Shown: piece by piece, positions 25,681 through 34,443 of the stretch
Numbering within the stretch: position 1 is the stretch's first letter
Layout: each line of letters starts with the position of its first letter
Position numbers and translations under genes: made by a program
Assembly: GCA_023134715.1 (NCBI GenBank)
Contig: JAGLUP010000002.1
Location: 79,906-143,905, forward strand
DNA length: 64,000 nucleotides
Direction: 5' to 3'
DNA from: Candidatus Parcubacteria bacterium
GTDB taxonomy: Bacteria; Patescibacteriota; Minisyncoccia; Minisyncoccales; JAGLUP01
Notes under the pieces: generated by a model
Databases searched by the model: none
Seen by the model: only the letters and a program-made list of their open reading frames with translations
What the model was told of the DNA's origin: nothing

Positions 25681-27977
25681 ATAAATTCAAAACATCCGCT
25701 ATTGAAATATTAAAAAATGTAAAAAAGCCCTTGCACTATAAAGAGATTACTCGACTGGCATTAAAGAGTGGGATCTTAGAGACCGAAGGTGCGACACCTG
25801 AAGCGTCAATGAATTCACAGATTGTTATGGATATCAAAAAAAGAGGATTATTTTCTGATTTCGTTAAGATTGCATCCGGTATTTTTGCGCTTAACCCTCA
25901 GAGAAAGGTTTTAAAACAAAGTCAGAAAATTAAACGGAATGGCGAGGAATCGAATAAGAAAGTGGCCACAAACTTTGAAGAAAAGATAAAACAATTTCTT
26001 GAGAATTTGGAATTTTGTGATGTTGATGGCGCAAGAGACAATTTCTTGATTAATAATATTCAAGTTGATGTTTGTGGCGGTTGGGATAATGCGTTGTTAG
26101 TTATAGAATGCAAAACAAAACAGAAGTTAGGCAAAAAAAATTTAAGAGCTGCTATAAGTGAATTTCGAGGCAAGATATTGTTATTGCAAAAAGGGCTTAA
26201 AAATCATCCGGTGTATTCTAAATATACATATTTTAAATACATTATTGTTACAAAAAATATAAGAGTTAGGAAATGCGACTATGATTTTGCCAATCAGTAT
26301 CCGAGTATATACATCTGGAATGATGATTTTTTAGAATATTACTCAAGTCTATATAATTTTATCAAACCCTATGCGAAATATGATCTTTTGGGCGAAATGA
26401 GAATCAAACCTATCCAGAAGCAACCCATTACTGTTCCTGCGTTTCAAGTTAAACTTGGGAATGTTAATGTTTATAATTTTGTCATGAATCCCAAAGATCT
26501 TCTTGAAGTTGCGTTTGTCGCTCGAAGAGAAGTCGGTATAGAGAGATATTACCAAAGAATCATAGAGAAAGAAAGATTATCTAAAATAGCAAAATATATT
26601 GAAGGCGGAGGAACTTTTCCGAACAACATCATCATATCTTTTAAAAAAGATTTAGATGTAAAATTTCACCTAAATAAGGGCCCCGATTATAGCAGTACAA
26701 ACTGGCCATATAAAGGGATATCTTATGGGATATTAGAGTTTCCAAAAGATTATAGAAATTGTTGGATTATTGACGGACAGCATAGGCTATATGCTTTTGT
26801 AAACGTAAAAAAAGATTTTTATTTTAACATGCCTATCACTGCGTTTGAACATTTAGACATAAAAGAGCAGTGCAAATTTTTTTTAGACATTAATAAAAAC
26901 CAAAAACCTGTTAGCTCTGATTTGCTTTGGGATTTAAACGGTGAAACGATTGCATCAGAGGAAGATGGTATTATATCAAATACAGTCAAGTTTCTTAACC
27001 TTGAAGACAGGGGTCCATTATTCTTTAAAATTTATTATCCTTCTACTGGCGTGAAAAAGAAATTGGATATGATAAAAATTTCTGCTTTGTGTATTGCTAT
27101 AAAAAAAAGAAAGCTGGTTGGCACAGTAACATTACAGAATATAAAAAATCCTCTTTATCACAATGACCCAGCCGAGCATATTAAAAAGTTAGGAAAATGC
27201 TTTTCAAAATATTTTAGCGTTTTAAAAAATACTTTTCCAGACAATTGGGAGCTTGCATCAAAGGGATTTATTCTTACAAATGGGGGAATTAGTGTTATGA
27301 TCGGTCTTTTTGAAAAAATATTATCTAGAATTATGCAACAAAGATCTCAAGAACCAACAAAAGAAGATTTCGATCTTTATGTGCAACCGCTTAAAAAACA
27401 ATTAGAATCAGAAAATCTTGATGATCTAAAAAAATTGAGATTAAGATGTACGAGCGAAGCCGGAAAGACAGATTTGCTGACCGAGTTCATTCTTAAGATA
27501 AGATCTGAAACGGATGATGATCAGTTTGGGGGAGAGATTCAGGTTTATAAATTAAAAGGATCATTTTTATTATTGGAAAAAAGATTGAAAAAATTAATTA
27601 AGAAAAAATTATATGATCCTAAAAATAAAGATTGGTTCAGAAATGCTACTGATGAAGATATGTATGGTCGTGCACTTAAAATAATGAAGAAAAATGGAAT
27701 TGCTGATATGAATAAAATCCATCTTCAGATAGGTTTAGGGGATTGTTTTAGCCTAATGAGAAAAAATAGCAAATTGTTCTATCCTATTTTTATAGGAGAG
27801 AATAAGCCTTTTGCAAACAAGACAATCTTTGAAGGAGCAATTAGTGTCATTAGCACAATGAGGGCTAAATTAGGAGCACATCACACAGGCACAGAGATAA
27901 GGGATAGAGAAGAGGATATATTGATAATTCATTTAGAACAAATCAATGCTTGTTTAGACAAAACATTAAATTTTTAA
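25677..27977 (+). CDS. HARE-HTH / PD-(D/E)xK-like / DGQHR (DndB-like ParB fold) / HEPN-like fusion protein
   Basis: AIEILKNVKKPLHYKEITRLAL..GIFALN; VDVCGGWDNALLVIECKTK; QRIIEKERLSKIAKYI..WIIDGQHRLYAF; C-terminal MRAKLGAHH (Rx4-6H). Confidence 0.75.
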   Translation: MNKFKTSAIEILKNVKKPLHYKEITRLALKSGILETEGATPEASMNSQIVMDIKKRGLFSDFVKIASGIFALNPQRKVLKQSQKIKRNGEESNKKVATNFEEKIKQFLENLEFCDVDGARDNFLINNIQVDVCGGWDNALLVIECKTKQKLGKKNLRAAISEFRGKILLLQKGLKNHPVYSKYTYFKYIIVTKNIRVRKCDYDFANQYPSIYIWNDDFLEYYSSLYNFIKPYAKYDLLGEMRIKPIQKQPITVPAFQVKLGNVNVYNFVMNPKDLLEVAFVARREVGIERYYQRIIEKERLSKIAKYIEGGGTFPNNIIISFKKDLDVKFHLNKGPDYSSTNWPYKGISYGILEFPKDYRNCWIIDGQHRLYAFVNVKKDFYFNMPITAFEHLDIKEQCKFFLDINKNQKPVSSDLLWDLNGETIASEEDGIISNTVKFLNLEDRGPLFFKIYYPSTGVKKKLDMIKISALCIAIKKRKLVGTVTLQNIKNPLYHNDPAEHIKKLGKCFSKYFSVLKNTFPDNWELASKGFILTNGGISVMIGLFEKILSRIMQQRSQEPTKEDFDLYVQPLKKQLESENLDDLKKLRLRCTSEAGKTDLLTEFILKIRSETDDDQFGGEIQVYKLKGSFLLLEKRLKKLIKKKLYDPKNKDWFRNATDEDMYGRALKIMKKNGIADMNKIHLQIGLGDCFSLMRKNSKLFYPIFIGENKPFANKTIFEGAISVISTMRAKLGAHHTGTEIRDREEDILIIHLEQINACLDKTLNF

Positions 27978-28273
27978 TATTTCTAACTTAGCGTTCTAGA
28001 ACGCCAACCCAACGCCAACTTTTCCAACCAATTTTCTTTCATTTTTTCTCTTTCTTTCTTTTTCCTGTTTCCCCTTTTAACCCCTATTTTACACTATAAA
28101 TACACTTACCACTCCCGAGGGGCGAGGATGCGAACGGAGAGATAACGGAGTGAGCGTCCGAGCCCGAGGATACAATAAGTCAGGGGAAATTTAGTGGATA
28201 GCTATAAATACTAAATTAAATAAAATTAAACCAAGTAAAAAATTGAAGAAAAATTGATTGAGGAATAAAATTT

Positions 28274-28915
28274 ATGCAGAAAGAAAATTTTTTACCATGT
28301 TTTTATGACCCAGAATTAAGAGAAAGATTGTGGTATTTATTTAATTACGCAGAAAAGGAAGCGCAAAAATTCGCAGAAGTTAATAATAATTGGGTTGGTA
28401 TTAAATGTGTTATGGCCGGGTGTGCGGAAAAATGGAATCTTGTAAAAGATAATACTATTTACGCAGAAATTCAAATAGTAGTGAACGAGAATAATATGGC
28501 TGTTTTATTTCACGAAATTTTTCATTCAGCATTTCATAAATCTTTTCTTTGGCATAAAGATGGTATGTGGGGCGATGCATTTTGTGATAGTTTCAGGTAT
28601 TTTATGGAAGAAAAATTATTGAAAGAAGGTGAAAGAAGTAAATTTTTTAGAGAAATGTGCGAATGTTTAAATTTAAACTCACAAGGAATCCAAGATAAAT
28701 TTTCTGATGATAAATGTCATAATTTAAAATACAAAATTCCTACATCAATCATAATTAAAAAAGTGAATAGAGATTATGACAAATTTAAAAATCTATGGAA
28801 CGAATTAAAAAAAGAATACGACAGAAAACAGAGTGCTTTTCTCGAAGATTATTTTGAATTTGAGATGAAAAAGAATTTAGCGAATTTTGGGCAAGCGAGC
28901 GATCTAATCATTTAA
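28274..28915 (+). CDS. hypothetical protein with HExxH metallopeptidase-like motif
   Basis: LFHEIFHSAFH; no other family features recognised. Confidence 0.45.
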   Translation: MQKENFLPCFYDPELRERLWYLFNYAEKEAQKFAEVNNNWVGIKCVMAGCAEKWNLVKDNTIYAEIQIVVNENNMAVLFHEIFHSAFHKSFLWHKDGMWGDAFCDSFRYFMEEKLLKEGERSKFFREMCECLNLNSQGIQDKFSDDKCHNLKYKIPTSIIIKKVNRDYDKFKNLWNELKKEYDRKQSAFLEDYFEFEMKKNLANFGQASDLII

Positions 28916-29115
28916 AAAAGATTGCTCAAGCCGAGAATATCTCATTAGATAAATTTGAGCAATTAATTGGCGAGTATTTATATACCCAAAAATTACCTCG
29001 CGGACAAGCTATCGCAGACTTATTGCCAGAACAACCAAGAATTTTAGAACGAAAAGGCATCATCAATCGCATCAAGGGCGCAATTGAGAACATTGTTGAT
29101 ATGTTTGAATGGTAA
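28915..29115 (+). pseudogene. possible C-terminal remnant of a type I restriction enzyme R subunit (HsdR)
   Basis: Start-less reading frame gives ..KIAQAENISLDKFEQLIGEYLYTQKLPRGQAIADLLPEQPRILERKGIINRIKGAIENIVDMFEW*, resembling HsdR C-terminal tails. From memory, unverified. Confidence 0.4.
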
Positions 29116-29151
29116 TGATAGTCTTTTTCAGAAAAATAAATAAAAATTATT

Positions 29152-29856
29152 ATGATTGATTTTAATAAATATGAAATTTTAACCTTTGATTGTTATGGAA
29201 CACTCATTGATTGGGAGGGCGGTATTTTAACAGCGCTAAAACCAGTTTTTGTGAATCATAATATAAATCTTAACGATAATCAGATTCTCGAGCTTTATGC
29301 CGAATTTGAATCAGAAATAGAAAAAGGCGAATTTATAAAATATAAAGAAGTCCTCAGAGAAATAATGCAAAAATTCGGCAACAGGCTTGGATTTACACCC
29401 TCATCTTTTGAAAAGGATTGCTTGGTTAATTCGTTAGGGGATTGGAAGCCATTTCCCGATACAGTTGAAGCATTACAAGCCCTGAAGAAAAAATTTAAGT
29501 TAGCTATTATTTCCAATATAGATGATGACTTGTTCGCTCTTTCTGCAAAACATCTTATTGTTAAATTCGATTATGTTATAACCGCAGAGCAGGTAAAAAG
29601 CTATAAACCATCATTAGAAAATTTCAAATTTGCTATTGATAAAATGGGCATTGCTCCTGAAAAAATTTTACATATCGCGCAAAGTATTTATCATGATATT
29701 ATCCCGGCAAAAGCATTAGGTTTATCAAGTGTTTGGGTCAACAGAAAAAAAGACAAAGAAGGTTCTGGAGCAACGCCTTCAGCTACCAGTCAGCCCGATT
29801 TTGAAGTGCCGAACTTAAAAACATTGGTTCATATTATGAACTTAGATTTAAAATAA
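29152..29856 (+). CDS. HAD-superfamily hydrolase, 2-haloacid dehalogenase-like
   Basis: FDCYGTLIDWE motif I, ISNIDDD, YKP, and AQSIYHDI. Confidence 0.7.
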   Translation: MIDFNKYEILTFDCYGTLIDWEGGILTALKPVFVNHNINLNDNQILELYAEFESEIEKGEFIKYKEVLREIMQKFGNRLGFTPSSFEKDCLVNSLGDWKPFPDTVEALQALKKKFKLAIISNIDDDLFALSAKHLIVKFDYVITAEQVKSYKPSLENFKFAIDKMGIAPEKILHIAQSIYHDIIPAKALGLSSVWVNRKKDKEGSGATPSATSQPDFEVPNLKTLVHIMNLDLK

Positions 29857-29860
29857 GATT

Positions 29861-30589
29861 ATGCTCAAAAATGGGAGAAATTTATTAAAGATTGTTTTGG
29901 GAGGATTGGTGGTTTTGTTTTCTTTGTTGTTTGGGTTTGATATTTATCAAAATCAATCTGAGCTTTCTGATATTGTGGAGGTTGAAGAAGTTGAGGCGGA
30001 AGTGGAGGAGGTGATTGACGGGGACACTATCAGGGTGAAAGATATTAAAACCGGAGAGGTTTTTAATGTTCGCTATCTGGGAATTGATACTCCGGAGCTT
30101 AATGGTCCAGGTTATGAAACTTGCTTTTCTTCTCAGGCAAAAGAAAGAAATGAGGAACTGGTTTTAGACAGAAAAGTGATTTTAGAATTTGATATTGATA
30201 AATATGATAGATTTGGCAGAACCTTGGCCTATGTCTATGTTTTGGACGAAGATGGAGAAAAAGAAACATTTATTAACCTGGAACTTTTACAAGAGGGCTA
30301 TGCCCGATTTTACCTTGATAAGCAGAATGTTTTTTATCAGGATGAATTTGTTCAAGCGGCTCTTTCTGCTCAGGAAGGTTTTTTAGGGATTTGGGGTTCT
30401 TGCGGAGAATCTCAATTTGATGGAGAATGCGTAATTAAAGGTAATATAAACGACGCGGGTAAAAAATATTATCATCTTCCCGGAGATAAATATTATTCTA
30501 AAACTAAAGTCAATTTACTTAAAGAGGATAAATGGCTTTGCTCTATTGAAGAAGCAGAAGCTAAAAACTTTCACAGAGCCAACCAGTGA
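29861..30589 (+). CDS. membrane-anchored thermonuclease (SNase) homologue
   Basis: VIDGDTIRV..VRYLGIDTPE..DRFGRTLAYVY..LLQEGYA plus C-terminal GNIN..KYYHLPG..WLCSIEEAEAKNF module. Confidence 0.8.
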   Translation: MLKNGRNLLKIVLGGLVVLFSLLFGFDIYQNQSELSDIVEVEEVEAEVEEVIDGDTIRVKDIKTGEVFNVRYLGIDTPELNGPGYETCFSSQAKERNEELVLDRKVILEFDIDKYDRFGRTLAYVYVLDEDGEKETFINLELLQEGYARFYLDKQNVFYQDEFVQAALSAQEGFLGIWGSCGESQFDGECVIKGNINDAGKKYYHLPGDKYYSKTKVNLLKEDKWLCSIEEAEAKNFHRANQ

Positions 30590-30592
30590 AGA

Positions 30593-30632
30593 TTGAAAAT
30601 GTCATGATTACGATTTTGAAATGTCATGATTA
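30593..30632 (+). repeat. two direct repeats TTGAAA(A)TGTCATGATTA
   Basis: 30593-30610 and 30615-30632, spaced ~22 nt start to start, each containing TCATGA. Confidence 0.6.
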
Positions 30633-30844
30633 TTTGTTAAACCATTAATATGAAAACAATTTGAGTTTGCCGTGGAAAATTATTTTAAATAATAAAATAA
30701 AAAATTATGATGAGTTAAATGGCGCTACTGCGGCGGTTGGCAGTCAGTTGTCCGCGGAGATTAGCTCCGTGAAAAAAATTAATGTTCGAAAAATCGCCGA
30801 GGGGGCGGTTTTATTTGTAATGTCAAGTATTCTTACTTATCCAC

Positions 30845-30885
30845 TTGACAAGGTTTCTTTACATAGTATATAATGAGTATATATG
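30845..30885 (+). promoter_or_regulatory. promoter giving a leaderless XRE-Panacea mRNA
   Basis: TTGACA (30845-50), 18 nt, TATAAT (30869-74), 8 nt, ATG 30883. Confidence 0.6.
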
Positions 30886-31668
30886 GCTAAAGACCTATTT
30901 AAAAAAATTAAAGCATTGCGCGAAAGAAATAATTTTTCGCAAGGGTATTTGGCGGGGGAGCTTGGCATGTCCCGCCCAACCTACACGCAAATTGAAAAAG
31001 GCGAACGTGAACTCACCATAACCGAAGCAAAAAAGCTTGCGGGGATTTTTAGCATGTCTCTTAATGATTTTTTGCAGGACAAATTAACAGAACGCGAAGT
31101 TGTTTTGGAAAAAGAAAAAAAAGGCGGCGAAGCGCCAAAACCGGAAATGAGAATTATCATGCCGCGGGCGAATGTAAAAAAATTTAAAGAAGTCCTGCTT
31201 TATGTTTTGGAGAAAATTGGCGCTCGGCCAAACATTGGCGAAACAGCGATTTATAAACTGCTCTATTTTATTGATTTTGATTATTACGAAAAATTTGAGG
31301 AGCAGTTGATTGGCGCCAAATACATTAAAAATCACTTTGGTCCGACGCCGATTGAGTTTAAAAAAATAACTGAGCAGATGATAGAAAAAGGCGAGATAGA
31401 AAAAATCAAAAGCAAATATTTCCAACACGAACAAAAGAAATATTTGCCGAGAAGAGCTGCCGACTTAAAAATTTTGTCAGCCCAAGAAATTCAGCATATA
31501 GACGAGGTCTTGTCGCGTTTAGCTTGGAAAAACGCCTCAGAATTAAGCAATTATTCACATTCCGACACTCCATGGAGAGTTCATCAGATTGGCGAAGAAA
31601 TCAGTTATGAAACTGTTTTTTACCGCGATGACGACCATTCAGTAAGAAACTATGAAGATGAACTTTAG
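30883..31668 (+). CDS. XRE-HTH fused to a Panacea (DUF4065, SocA-like) antitoxin domain
   Basis: QGYLAGELGMSRPTYTQIEKGE; IYKLLYFIDFDYYEKFEEQLIGAKYIKNHFGPTP. Confidence 0.75.
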   Translation: MAKDLFKKIKALRERNNFSQGYLAGELGMSRPTYTQIEKGERELTITEAKKLAGIFSMSLNDFLQDKLTEREVVLEKEKKGGEAPKPEMRIIMPRANVKKFKEVLLYVLEKIGARPNIGETAIYKLLYFIDFDYYEKFEEQLIGAKYIKNHFGPTPIEFKKITEQMIEKGEIEKIKSKYFQHEQKKYLPRRAADLKILSAQEIQHIDEVLSRLAWKNASELSNYSHSDTPWRVHQIGEEISYETVFYRDDDHSVRNYEDEL

Positions 31669-32011
31669 AAATACCCAAGAATTTCAAAAAGATTTTAAAA
31701 AATTATCCAAAAAATTCAAAACTTTGGACAGCGATTTGGCGGAGTTTAAGAAAGTTTTAAACGAGGCGCCATTGGGCATCGGTAAGCATTTTAATATTGT
31801 TACGAAGACCGACTCCATATCTATTGTTAAGGCCAGACTTTTTTGCAGAAGTTTGAGAAAAAAAGATTTAAGAATTATTTATACCTACATTGAAAACCAT
31901 CAAACAGTGGAACTGATCGGCATTGAATTTATTGAAATGTATTTTAAGGGAAATAAAGAGAACGAGGATAGAAAGAGAATAAAAGATTATTTGAAATTTT
32001 TTGATTTTTAA
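31652..32011 (+). CDS. RelE/ParE-superfamily-like toxin
   Basis: 119 aa, overlaps the antitoxin gene by 17 nt; FQKDFKKLSKKFKTL..; basic beta-rich C-terminal half. Confidence 0.5.
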   Translation: MKMNFRNTQEFQKDFKKLSKKFKTLDSDLAEFKKVLNEAPLGIGKHFNIVTKTDSISIVKARLFCRSLRKKDLRIIYTYIENHQTVELIGIEFIEMYFKGNKENEDRKRIKDYLKFFDF

Positions 32012-32205
32012 ACCCCAGCAAATTAAATTTAAAAATCGTGGATGCGGCTTTTGGTAGAGGCGGTTTTTTTGTTTTCAGGGGAGTAAAAAATTTGACAGAG
32101 GTTAGAAAGTTTGCTTGAATAAAAATACTCAAAACAATGATCTTTTAAAATTACATATGGAGAGTTTTGAAGAATTGAAAAGTTATTGAAAATAAAACTT
32201 GAAAA

Positions 32206-33129
32206 ATGAAAATGAATGAATTTGGATGGAAAAGGATTAAAAGAAATAAAAGGATACTAAGTTGGAAAATACGAAACGCTGTTTGGCAGAAATATAACAA
32301 AGCTACTTTTGAGCCGGAAGGAAAACTGAAAGCTCGTTTCTGGAAATGGATATATGATTGCTTAAGAGGACATTTTAGCATAAGAACTAAGCATGGAGTT
32401 TTCGGAATTTTCTGGCATGGATTTGCAAATTTTGATATAGAATTAGGGCACTTTTTTAGGACAACAGTAGATTACAGGCATAAAAAGATTTTGATTAGTT
32501 TTGTCAGGGATTATTATAAAAATAATTTTCTTGTGGGAGGTAAAGGTCAGGCATATCATCGGTGGCTGTTTGGTCACACCTTAGGAATGGAATATGGAAA
32601 TGACAAAGCTAATCGCTACAGTGAATGGCACTGTGGAAGATATACTCCTTATGCCTCAGGAATAAATACAAAAAAGACAGGAAAACTTTTTGGCTTGATC
32701 GGCTATGGAAATGAGAAAAAGAAAGAACCAATTTTCAGTTTTGAACAACCTATTTTTCCATGGATAACCTCTGAATATGCGGAAAAAAATGGATGGTATG
32801 TTTGTTCTTGCAGTAAAGAAAATAAATGCCCAGGAGGAGAATGTGAATTTGCTATCAGTGATGATAGAGTAATACCTTGTTTACCAAGACATCTTTTAAG
32901 GCCAGGAGATGTAGTGATATTTTTTGACTACATTGAAGAAGGGGACAGATATTATCTTTTGAATAAGGAAGACATAAGAGAATGGAAAGAGGGGTCGTTC
33001 AGCTTGCTGCCATATGGAATAGTGGTGCGAGCGCCAGAAAAACCTCCAGCCAGTTTGTCAGAAAATTTTATTAATATTCTGAAAACGAAATTAGTAGAAT
33101 TAAAAATGATTAAATCATTTTTAATTTGA
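32206..33129 (+). CDS. hypothetical protein
   Basis: 307-aa ORF; Trp/His-rich; no family recognised. Confidence 0.45.
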   Translation: MKMNEFGWKRIKRNKRILSWKIRNAVWQKYNKATFEPEGKLKARFWKWIYDCLRGHFSIRTKHGVFGIFWHGFANFDIELGHFFRTTVDYRHKKILISFVRDYYKNNFLVGGKGQAYHRWLFGHTLGMEYGNDKANRYSEWHCGRYTPYASGINTKKTGKLFGLIGYGNEKKKEPIFSFEQPIFPWITSEYAEKNGWYVCSCSKENKCPGGECEFAISDDRVIPCLPRHLLRPGDVVIFFDYIEEGDRYYLLNKEDIREWKEGSFSLLPYGIVVRAPEKPPASLSENFINILKTKLVELKMIKSFLI

Positions 33130-33186
33130 GGACAACTGTCCTCAAACAATAATTAAGTTGTAAAATTAAAAAGTAAATAACGGAAA

Positions 33187-33381
33187 ATGAAAAAAATATC
33201 TAATTGGATACATGGATTTGACGACAAAGGAAAAGATTTATCGAAATGTGTTAAAGATTTTCTACATTGCCATACTTTATGGTACGGAAATGGAGGACCA
33301 TGCTCAAATTGCACTGGTCGTGAAATATGCTTAAAATTGAAAGAGGAAGGTTCTCTTGACCAACCATTTAATATGGATTAA
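33187..33381 (+). CDS. small Cys-rich hypothetical protein
   Basis: 64 aa with C..(4)..C and CSNC motifs; followed by a terminator. Confidence 0.4.
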   Translation: MKKISNWIHGFDDKGKDLSKCVKDFLHCHTLWYGNGGPCSNCTGREICLKLKEEGSLDQPFNMD

Positions 33382-33392
33382 AAAATGCAAAC

Positions 33393-33420
33393 AGAGCTTT
33401 TGATTAAGCTCTTTTTTTTT
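33393..33420 (+). terminator. intrinsic terminator
   Basis: AGAGCTT-ttgatt-AAGCTCT followed by T9. Confidence 0.75.
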
Positions 33421-33447
33421 GTTTTGGCTAGAAAATTGGATAAAAAA

Positions 33448-33475
33448 GCGGTTTTTTGGTATAATGAAAATAATG
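33448..33475 (+). promoter_or_regulatory. GCGGTTTTTTGGTATAAT module with a leaderless 17-codon sORF
   Basis: -10 at 33460-65, 7 nt, ATG 33473; sORF MKKFSPTKKTKPFKTRH* (33473..33526). Confidence 0.45.
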
Positions 33476-33564
33476 AAAAAATTTTCACCAACAAAGAAGA
33501 CAAAGCCGTTTAAGACCCGACATTAAACAATAAACAATTAATATTTTCTTAGCATATAATTAAA

Positions 33565-34410
33565 ATGGAACTCTGGATATTATTAGGAATATTAAGTTAT
33601 TTATCATACGCGATTTCTACATCTATAGACAAATGCCTAATGAATCATGGATGGAATCCTTTAGTGACTAATACAGTTAAGATGTTTTTTGACGGACTGA
33701 TATTGCTGATTATAGGTTTAATATTTTTTAATTTAAGCTTTACTTCTGAGCTATTAATTTACTCCCTTTTACTCGGATTTTTGTACGCGTTTTCTGGGAT
33801 TTTATATTTTAAATGTTTAAAATACAAAGATGTGGGAGAAGTCGTTCCATATCTTCAATCTTTTACAATCCTATTGGTTTTTATAGGTTCAATTTTTCTA
33901 TTTTCTGAATCGGTGAACTCTTATAATTATATTGGAATTTTATTAATCATAATCGGGGTATATTTAGTTCTGTTAAAAGATGGGTTGAAGATTCCAAAAA
34001 TAGATAAAATCTTATTTTTTATCTTCTTAATTGTTATTCTAAACACTGGCTACATATTAGTAGTAAAAAGCTCGCTTCATAATATTGAACCGATAAATAT
34101 TGCTATAATGATGTATTTTTCAACTACGCTTGTTTTATTAGGTTTCTCTATCTTTCACAGTAAACAAAAAGAAATATTTAAGGTTAAAAATCTGAAAATA
34201 ATTCCTGCCGCATTCTTCGGCGCATTGGGCACATTATTTTTATATTCAGCGCTATCTATTGGAAATGCATCAAAGGTATATCCTTTGGCGGGATTAGAAT
34301 CAGTTTTTGTCTTCATAATTGCAACTATTTTTTTAAAAGAAAAATTCTTTTTGTACAGATTTATCGGCACAATTATTGTTTTTGCCGGAATATATTTAAT
34401 TTGTATATGA
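33565..34410 (+). CDS. EamA/DMT-family transporter
   Basis: ~10 TM helices in two halves, 281 aa. Confidence 0.65.
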   Translation: MELWILLGILSYLSYAISTSIDKCLMNHGWNPLVTNTVKMFFDGLILLIIGLIFFNLSFTSELLIYSLLLGFLYAFSGILYFKCLKYKDVGEVVPYLQSFTILLVFIGSIFLFSESVNSYNYIGILLIIIGVYLVLLKDGLKIPKIDKILFFIFLIVILNTGYILVVKSSLHNIEPINIAIMMYFSTTLVLLGFSIFHSKQKEIFKVKNLKIIPAAFFGALGTLFLYSALSIGNASKVYPLAGLESVFVFIIATIFLKEKFFLYRFIGTIIVFAGIYLICI

Positions 34411-34443
34411 AAAAATCCTTATTAACAAAAAAATAAAAAAAAT

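Noticed and set aside
30661-30873. 70-aa + strand ORF before the XRE-Panacea gene
   Set aside because: It starts at TTG and spans the GC-rich hairpins, the orphan terminator (30794-30813) and the promoter of the next gene. It is unlikely to be translated.
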